This document shows positions 57,996 to 63,632 of a stretch of DNA of 63,632 nt, piece after piece. Origin of the DNA: Candidatus Omnitrophota bacterium (GTDB lineage: Bacteria > Omnitrophota > Gorgyraeia > Gygaellales > Profunditerraquicolaceae); the NCBI GenBank assembly GCA_011620275.1, contig WOZK01000019.1, forward strand, positions 1-63,632, given 5' to 3'. The notes under the pieces were generated by a model. It searched no databases. It saw nothing but the letters and a program-made list of their open reading frames with translations, and was not told where the DNA came from. Made by a program: the position numbers and the translations under genes. Position 1 is the first letter of the stretch; each line of letters opens with the position of its first letter.

Positions 57996-58535
57996 ATGGG
58001 AAGAATAAAAACAAACATCCCGGTTAAACTTGTCTGCGGTATGCTTTACAGGGAAGAAAAGGACGGCGCCGCGGCTTCAGGGTGTTTGCGCCGCCGATTT
58101 GGGCCGGTTGATTTCGAAAGCGGCAGTGTTTCCTTTACGCAGACCGAATATTACCAAAAAGAAATGGGCAGCGGACTGCGGCGTAAGTTCTTTTCCTTCA
58201 AGAAATTGATCGCAGCAGACAGTCTTGCCGGTATCAAGCTTATCACCAACCGCATCGAAATCGCCCTGAGCGCCGACGGCTGTCGTAAAGTCAATCTTGA
58301 CCCCGGTTATCTTGATCTTGCCAGGCTTGTGCTGGCCTCCACCAAAGATTTCAGCCACCGTATATATATTTCCCGCGGCATATACGCCGAGATAACGCTC
58401 CTGTATGACCGTTGCGGCACTTTTCGGCCGCTTGAATGGACGTATCCCGATTACCGGAGCTCCTGTTACCTCTCGATTTTTGAAAAAATAAGGTCTATTT
58501 ATTATGAACAGATATCGGCAGGAGGGAGGAAGTGA
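57996..58535 (+). CDS. DUF4416-family protein
   Basis: VKLVCGML, FTQTEYYQKEMG, NLDPGYL, LVLASTKDFSHRIY. Confidence 0.7.
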   Translation: MGRIKTNIPVKLVCGMLYREEKDGAAASGCLRRRFGPVDFESGSVSFTQTEYYQKEMGSGLRRKFFSFKKLIAADSLAGIKLITNRIEIALSADGCRKVNLDPGYLDLARLVLASTKDFSHRIYISRGIYAEITLLYDRCGTFRPLEWTYPDYRSSCYLSIFEKIRSIYYEQISAGGRK

Positions 58536-59524
58536 ACCGCTCTCCGGCGCCGGCTTACAAAAATGCCGGCCTCTCTTTTTTGGCGGGACGGCTCGCGCGC
58601 ATGCTGGAAAATTGCCGGATATGCCCGAGAGCCTGCGGCGTTGACCGCGCCGCAGGAGAAAAAGGTTTCTGCCGCACCGCGAAAGAAGCCTATGTTTACA
58701 GCTATTTCCCGCATCACGGGGAAGAACCGCCGATATCAGGCGATAAAGGGTCGGGGGTGGTATTCTTTTCCGGTTGTAATATGCGCTGCGTTTACTGCCA
58801 GAATTACAAGTTCAGCCAGATGAGCGCGGAAGACGGCGGCCTGCCGGGAAGAAAAGTGTCTGTCGGGGAACTGGCGGAGATTATGCTGGCGCTGCAGGCA
58901 AAGGGGTGCCATAATATCAATCTGGTCAGCCCGGGACATGTCCTCTCGCAGATTGTTCAGGCGCTCGATATCGCCTCCGGACGCGGGCTGAATATCCCTC
59001 TGGTTTATAACACCGGAGGTTATGACCTGCCTGAAACAATCCGCCTGCTGGAAGGCGTCGTGGATATATACCTGGCAGATATGCGTTACGCCTCGGAGAG
59101 CTGCGCGGTGAAATATTCCTCCGCGCCGGGGTATCCGGAATTCAACCTGAACGCGGTGAAGGAAATGTGCCGTCAGCGCCCGGCGCCGGTTTTCGACGGC
59201 GCGGGGATAATGCGCAGCGGGGTTATAGTAAGGCATCTCGTTTTGCCGCAAGACATTTCCGGCACGCGCGAAGTATTAAAACGCCTGGCCGGTATCGTCT
59301 CCCCGCAGAACGTATGTGTCAGTCTTATGAGCCAATATCTTCCCTGTAACAGGGCCGAAGAGTATTCAGAACTTTCACGCAGGATAAGCGCGCAAGAGTA
59401 TTCCGAGGCGGAAGCATGCCTGGCCGAATACGATTTCGGCCGCGGGTGGGTCCAGGAAGGGTATGGGTTATCCGAATTATCCGGTATGAATATCGAAGAA
59501 AGGCATCTTGAAGATGGCAGATAG
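58532..59524 (+). CDS. radical SAM protein, PflX-like (COG1313-type) activase family
   Basis: CRICPRACGVDR..GFCR, HHGEEPPISG..GSGVVFFSGCNMRCVYCQNYKFS. Confidence 0.8.
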   Translation: MNRSPAPAYKNAGLSFLAGRLARMLENCRICPRACGVDRAAGEKGFCRTAKEAYVYSYFPHHGEEPPISGDKGSGVVFFSGCNMRCVYCQNYKFSQMSAEDGGLPGRKVSVGELAEIMLALQAKGCHNINLVSPGHVLSQIVQALDIASGRGLNIPLVYNTGGYDLPETIRLLEGVVDIYLADMRYASESCAVKYSSAPGYPEFNLNAVKEMCRQRPAPVFDGAGIMRSGVIVRHLVLPQDISGTREVLKRLAGIVSPQNVCVSLMSQYLPCNRAEEYSELSRRISAQEYSEAEACLAEYDFGRGWVQEGYGLSELSGMNIEERHLEDGR

Positions 59525-60272
59525 TGATAAGAGTAAAAAGTTATATCTTTACGGAAAACGCTCTATAGAAGAACGGCTGAAGGCCGCTCCGGAAAGCGTG
59601 CGTAGAGTTATATTGGAACACGGCGGCGCCCGAGTGCAGGATATTGCCGGGTTGGCCAGATCTCGTAAGGTCCCGGTTGAGCTTATGCCGGCAACGCAGT
59701 TCCGAGCCCTGACCCGCGGCATCCACTCTCAGGGGATTGCGGCAGAGGTGGAGGAATTCGCTTACGCCGACCTTGACGACGTGCTTGACTCCGTAGAAAA
59801 ACCGACTCTGATCATGCTGGACCGCATAAACGATCCCCAGAATCTCGGTTCGGTCTTAAGGACCTGCGCCTGCCTGGGGAGCTTCTGCGTGGTGCTGCCC
59901 AAACATGAATCAGTGGACGTTACGGAAGCCGTGCTTAAAGTGGCGTGCGGCGCGGAGAATTACGTCCCGGTCTGCATTGTCTCCAGTCTTTCCGTAGCCG
60001 TTGATAAAGCGCGCAGAAGCGGATACTGGATAGCCGTAACCGTGGTAGAGGGCGGGAGCGATCCCCGCCGCGGGGCATCTATGAACTTCCCTTTGGCCTT
60101 GATCATCGGCTCGGAAGGGGAGGGGGTGCGTTCCGGGCTTCTGAAAGAGGCGGATTACCGTTTTACCCTGCCGATGCGGGGTGCGGCGTTGTCCCTGAAC
60201 GCCGCCGTCAGCACCGGGATATTCTGTTACGAGGCGGCGTCGCAAAGAGCGGATTATGAAAATAAAACCTGA
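59514..60272 (+). CDS. rlmB: TrmH/SpoU-family 23S rRNA 2'-O-methyltransferase
   Basis: LYLYGKRSIEERL, LDRINDPQNLGSVLRT, LIIGSEGEGV, LSLNAAVSTGI. Confidence 0.8.
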   Translation: MADSDKSKKLYLYGKRSIEERLKAAPESVRRVILEHGGARVQDIAGLARSRKVPVELMPATQFRALTRGIHSQGIAAEVEEFAYADLDDVLDSVEKPTLIMLDRINDPQNLGSVLRTCACLGSFCVVLPKHESVDVTEAVLKVACGAENYVPVCIVSSLSVAVDKARRSGYWIAVTVVEGGSDPRRGASMNFPLALIIGSEGEGVRSGLLKEADYRFTLPMRGAALSLNAAVSTGIFCYEAASQRADYENKT

Positions 60273-60861
60273 AGGTATGCGCGCAAGCGAAGTTGACCGC
60301 GTCCTTAATTTTCTTGCCGAAGCCGGACAGTTAAAACGCGTCAAACGTTCCGGCTGGTGGATTACCGGTATCCAACATCCGGAGAGCGTGGCCGAACACT
60401 GTTTCCGCTGCGCGGTACTCGGTTACTTGATCGCCAGGGCCGAAAAAGCCGATCCGTATAAAGTCTTGATGATGTGCCTTTTTAACGATATACATGAGGC
60501 CAGGATAAACGACCTGCATAAAGTAGGGCACCGTTATATAAATTTCAAGAAAGCCGAAGACAAGGCCTATTCAGGGCAGATTTCCGGCCTTCCCGGGCAG
60601 GTGCGGCTGGAAATGGCTGTTCTGCGTTCGCAATATTCCGGCCAGACCACGCGCGAGGCGGTGATCGCCAGGGACGCGGATATACTGGAGTGCGTCCTGC
60701 AGGCCAAAGAATACCTGGACGCCGGCAATCTGCATACCCGTAATTTTATGAGCGTGGGAGAAAAATACCTGAAAAGCCGGTTTGCCAGAAAGCTCTTCCT
60801 ACGTTTGAAAAAATGGGATTCCAGCCGCTGGTGGCGGGAACTGGCGGTATTTGAGAGGTAA
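60256..60861 (+). CDS. HD_3/YfbR-like HD-domain protein (variant metal motif)
   Basis: LKRVKRSGW, ESVAEHCFR, then LFNDIHEARINDL where relatives have HDxxE..GD, and ARDADILE. Confidence 0.65.
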   Translation: MKIKPEGMRASEVDRVLNFLAEAGQLKRVKRSGWWITGIQHPESVAEHCFRCAVLGYLIARAEKADPYKVLMMCLFNDIHEARINDLHKVGHRYINFKKAEDKAYSGQISGLPGQVRLEMAVLRSQYSGQTTREAVIARDADILECVLQAKEYLDAGNLHTRNFMSVGEKYLKSRFARKLFLRLKKWDSSRWWRELAVFER

Positions 60862-60888
60862 TCGTTTAAAGGGGGAAGGGAGGCTACG

Positions 60889-61080
60889 ATGAGGCTCCGT
60901 ATAGACATTTTGCCGATTTGTTTATTTTTCAGCGCGGCCGTTCTGCTGGCGGGATGTGAAACCGTGGCAGGCGCCTCCAGAGGGGCCGGCGAAGACCTGG
61001 AGAACGCCGGCAAAGCCGCCAAGGCTGTGGCCGAAGCGCCGGAAAAAATAGATAAAAAAATGCGGGAAGAATTATGGTAA
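60889..61080 (+). CDS. entericidin EcnA/B-like small lipoprotein
   Basis: GGGAGG RBS; lipobox LLAGC then ETVAGASRGAGEDLENAGKAAK, similar to the entericidin pattern. Confidence 0.45.
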   Translation: MRLRIDILPICLFFSAAVLLAGCETVAGASRGAGEDLENAGKAAKAVAEAPEKIDKKMREELW

Positions 61081-61940
61081 AAATGGCGCCTGTTGGTTCC
61101 CGGAAGCAAAAATATTTGTATTTAGCAGTGATAGAAAGCTTCGTCTGTCTTTGTTTCACAGGACCAGTATATGCCTGGGGAAATAGCTGGGGCGCTAACA
61201 GCGGCGGCTTCAGCCTCCCGAAAAGTTACGGATCGAGCGGCGCCTGGCAGTCTTCAGGAAGTTCGATCGGCGGAGGACTATCCGGCAGCCGCGAGGAAGA
61301 CAGGTTAGTGATCCAGTCTGCCGGTCCGGACACGGATATATTCTATAATGCAAATATAGATAATGCATATTTCGTGGCCCCCGGGAATAGTAAACTGCAG
61401 GAATTGGCCGCGCATCTGGCAATATCTCAGGATACTACCGGTAATAACATCGATTCTATTTGGTTATCTTTTAAGGATGCCTATGACGGCTACAATAAAG
61501 GAGAAAGCCTGGGAATGAAATGGCGGCTGACCCCGGAACGCGTTCAGAACGGTTTTGCCCGGTCTCTTGATATAGAAGAGATAATTGACGCTCACGGTAA
61601 AGGAATATGCCGGGATTGGGCGAGACTTGCCTGTTCAATTTTCCTTGCCAAAGGCATTCCCGCGGTCATAGTATGGGGCAGTAAATCTGACGAAGGCGAG
61701 CCCGGGGGCAAGATTTATCATGAATGGTGCGAGATTTACTATAAAGGTACTTACTTTATTACAGAGAATGGCGAATTTCGCAGAAAAGGTGAAACCGGTT
61801 ATAGCGATACGTTTACCGGTGATAAACACATAGAAGATACGAGCCGAAATGACTACCAATATAAATCTGATTGGTTCCATAAATATCCGGATGCCTTCGA
61901 GGGCCTCGAGTTTGATTTGTCAAGTGTGAGTCGCAGTTAA
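61074..61940 (+). CDS. exported transglutaminase-like cysteine protease-fold protein
   Basis: Signal-like N-terminus; GKGICRDWARLACSIFLAKGIPAVIVWG and YHEWCEIYY (Cys-His core). Confidence 0.7.
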   Translation: MVKMAPVGSRKQKYLYLAVIESFVCLCFTGPVYAWGNSWGANSGGFSLPKSYGSSGAWQSSGSSIGGGLSGSREEDRLVIQSAGPDTDIFYNANIDNAYFVAPGNSKLQELAAHLAISQDTTGNNIDSIWLSFKDAYDGYNKGESLGMKWRLTPERVQNGFARSLDIEEIIDAHGKGICRDWARLACSIFLAKGIPAVIVWGSKSDEGEPGGKIYHEWCEIYYKGTYFITENGEFRRKGETGYSDTFTGDKHIEDTSRNDYQYKSDWFHKYPDAFEGLEFDLSSVSRS

Positions 61941-62515
61941 GTGTCTTAGAGACAGGGGGTGTTTTACAGCCGCCTATTGATATTTTTACCTATAGGTGTA
62001 GTTAACATAAGATATATTATAGGAAGTTGAAGAGTGGGCAATACGTGGATAGACAGAGAAATAAAATATGGCCCAAAGCCGGCTCAAACGTGGTTTCGAC
62101 CCTATCTGGAGCAGCGAGTTCCTCGATTTTAAGCTGCTTCGGCTCTCTAAGCCTGACTTTATCCTACGGCAGATGTACCGCCTTTACCGTTATCAGACAT
62201 ACAGACGGGAAAACCTTCTGTTGATAACCCTGTTGGAAATCCAGTAGAGCCGGAAATACGGCATTGCCGGGAGTGCGATAACTACGGACAGGAACATCTG
62301 GACAGCAAAGGCAACAAAACAGGATTCTGTGCATCTTAGGGATGTTGCTCCCCCCTTTTGCTGTATGTAACAACTGCCAGTATTCCAGGCAAAAAGAACA
62401 AGAGGTGAAGCCGTGAGTACGTTAATAACTGCTTCCGGACAGGAACTTGTAAAGAACCTGCCGCCGGATCAGCTTACCGTTAAATCGCTGTTGCGGGGCT
62501 TTTTACTGGTTTGGC

Positions 62516-62764
62516 TTAATTCGGTTTATGGCAAATTAACTCTTCCAGCGGGTGTTTTATGCGGTTCAATCCTGGTAAACGCAGAATTTTCAATGCTTTA
62601 CGCAATGTAAGCACGCACGGGCTGACCAACTCAATGCCTAAAATCTCTTTGCTGCTGTTGTAGTCGACAAAGACTTCCGGTAACAGTTCTTTTGTGTAAG
62701 CAACTTTGCCTTCACTGATTTTTATGTATGCCGCACCGGCACGTGTATCAATATTAATCAACAT
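62516..62764 (-). CDS. DUF2283-domain protein (putative antitoxin)
   Basis: DTRAGAAYIKI..VFVDYNSSKEILGIELV; starts 2 nt after the DUF4258 gene. Confidence 0.65.
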   Translation of the reverse strand: MLINIDTRAGAAYIKISEGKVAYTKELLPEVFVDYNSSKEILGIELVSPCVLTLRKALKILRLPGLNRIKHPLEELICHKPN

Positions 62765-62766
62765 CT

Positions 62767-63000
62767 CTATCCCTCCTTACAAAGAACAGCACAGGTGATC
62801 ACAAAAATCATATCTGTTCGCTCTTCATAAATTATGTCTATTGCTCGGCCGTCGAGTGTTTTCATTGCGCGCTTTCTGCGGCGGCGGCGTGTCGGCGCGG
62901 TAATATTAGGCTCGCTCAATACCTTTTTGACTTCTGTTTCGCTGATCCGGCGTTCTTTTAACCGTTCCTGAGCGTGATCTGAGAATATGATCTTTTTCAA
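62767..63000 (-). CDS. DUF4258-domain protein (putative toxin)
   Basis: MKKIIFSDHAQERLKERRISETEVKKVL.. pattern. Confidence 0.65.
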   Translation of the reverse strand: MKKIIFSDHAQERLKERRISETEVKKVLSEPNITAPTRRRRRKRAMKTLDGRAIDIIYEERTDMIFVITCAVLCKEG

Positions 63001-63167
63001 CCCACCCTCGCGTTTTTTGCTGTGGATATCATAAATATACTATACAGGACTTACCACGTCAAGGCATTTCACAAGCGGCTTATGGATATAGAGATATAAA
63101 AATTTTGGGAAAATCTGGGATGGAAATTAATATCGTGTAAATATCGTTTTTTGTGGAAAGGAACCAA

Positions 63168-63491
63168 CTATATACTCAATTCAGTGGGGATAAAGTCTAT
63201 GCTAAGCCTTGCTTTTAATGCCGCGGCGAGCCGGGCAAGGGTTTTAATATTAATTCGCGCATTTCTTAAATCTTCCAAGCGCGAGATTGTCTGCTGGGTA
63301 GTATTGACTTTTTTTGCAAGTTCTGCCTGGCTTAAATGCCTCATTTGCCTCAATTGAGCAATCTTATAGCCTATCTGCAACCTCGCTACTTCCTCATCAT
63401 AGGCTTTTCTAAACTCAGGGTTCTTGCGAAACTCTTCCTCAATATGTTGACTCACTGTTTTGGGAACTATTATTTTTTTCATCAGTATCAC
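63168..63491 (-). CDS. XRE-family HTH antitoxin (HigA-like)
   Basis: IAQLRQMRHLSQAELAKKVNTTQQTISRLE helix-turn-helix; sits directly downstream of the toxin fragment. Confidence 0.8.
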   Translation of the reverse strand: MILMKKIIVPKTVSQHIEEEFRKNPEFRKAYDEEVARLQIGYKIAQLRQMRHLSQAELAKKVNTTQQTISRLEDLRNARINIKTLARLAAALKARLSIDFIPTELSI

Positions 63492-63508
63492 CTCTAATCG
63501 TTAAATAT

Positions 63509-63632
63509 TTATTCTATTCTGGGTAATTTAATCTTGCCTTCATTATAACGCATTTGAAAGTCGATCATCCTCTTTCTTGCCTTTGCCATATCCTCCTGGG
63601 GAACCTCACTTGTCTTCTTCATAATACCGTGC
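63509..63632 (-). CDS. HigB/RelE-superfamily (Gp49-like) toxin, 3' end only (runs off the window)
   Basis: My reverse-strand translation ..HGIMKKTSEVPQEDMAKARKRMIDFQMRYNEGKIKLPRIE* matches the C-terminal xKKTxKxPxxEIxxAxxR pattern of Gp49-like toxins. Stop at 63509-63511, 17 nt before the antitoxin ATG. Confidence 0.55.
   Translation of the reverse strand, partial: HGIMKKTSEVPQEDMAKARKRMIDFQMRYNEGKIKLPRIE

Noticed and set aside
58532-59524. rSAM gene considered as the missing partner of the MEMO-like AmmeMemoRadiSam protein B (35931-36749)
   Set aside because: It has the HHGEEPPISG..GCNMRCVYCQN pattern of PflX/COG1313 activases rather than the DPIEKKP-type pattern I associate with the AmmeMemoRadiSam rSAM. 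It also lies 22 kb away, and no AMMECR1-like gene is in the window.
62027-62610. Short ORFs 62027-62224 (+), 62164-62373 (-) and 62413-62610 (+)
   Set aside because: They lack an RBS, any motif or a believable composition. The last one overlaps the DUF2283 gene on the other strand. They are treated as non-coding or decayed DNA.
1-63632. CRISPR arrays, rRNA genes, IS elements/transposases, integrases, phage structural genes
   Set aside because: I scanned for regularly spaced direct repeats, rRNA-like stretches and DDE or tyrosine-recombinase-like ORFs and found none. The only simple repeats are (ACAG)3 near 42339-42352 and ATA/GTA runs near 47805-47825.

Overview
This 63.6-kb window is almost fully coding. 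It appears to come from a diderm bacterium (LptD and ADP-heptose genes are present). Lineage cannot be fixed from sequence alone; a PVC-group or candidate-phylum anaerobe is only a guess from gene content. Positions 159-28505 form one co-directional island of 21 genes. It holds nine B12-binding (class B) radical SAM enzymes and four U32-family Fe-S paralogs (one frame-broken) that all carry an extra C-terminal CX4CX2CX2C motif. It also holds three GT-C (GT39/ArnT-like) membrane glycosyltransferases, a DegT-type aminotransferase, two SDR epimerase/dehydratases, a UbiA-type polyprenyl-phosphate phosphoribosyltransferase-like enzyme and one exported protein. The genes read as a thrice-repeated U32 - rSAM - GT-C - rSAM module. 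I know of no characterised pathway with this composition. My inference is an oxygen-independent, radical-chemistry tailoring system for an envelope glycan, glycolipid or polyprenyl-linked intermediate. Positions 28.7-61.9 kb are ordinary housekeeping genes: ROK kinase, transaldolase/FSA, lptD, a UDP-sugar dehydrogenase/decarboxylase pair, rpsU, aroQ, efp, accBC, asp23/amaP, pfk, gmhA/hldC, thiE/thiC, tRNA-Gly(CCC), aroB, c-di-GMP components and rlmB. The last 1.7 kb is visibly AT-rich and carries two toxin-antitoxin pairs. Other observations are rpsU and a Zn-ribbon mini-ORF missed by the ORF track, and two probable frameshifts (474-480 and the A-run at 44907-44910). A 71-codon palindromic-repeat insertion also sits in frame inside one GT-C gene. 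No CRISPR array, rRNA, transposase or integrase was seen.
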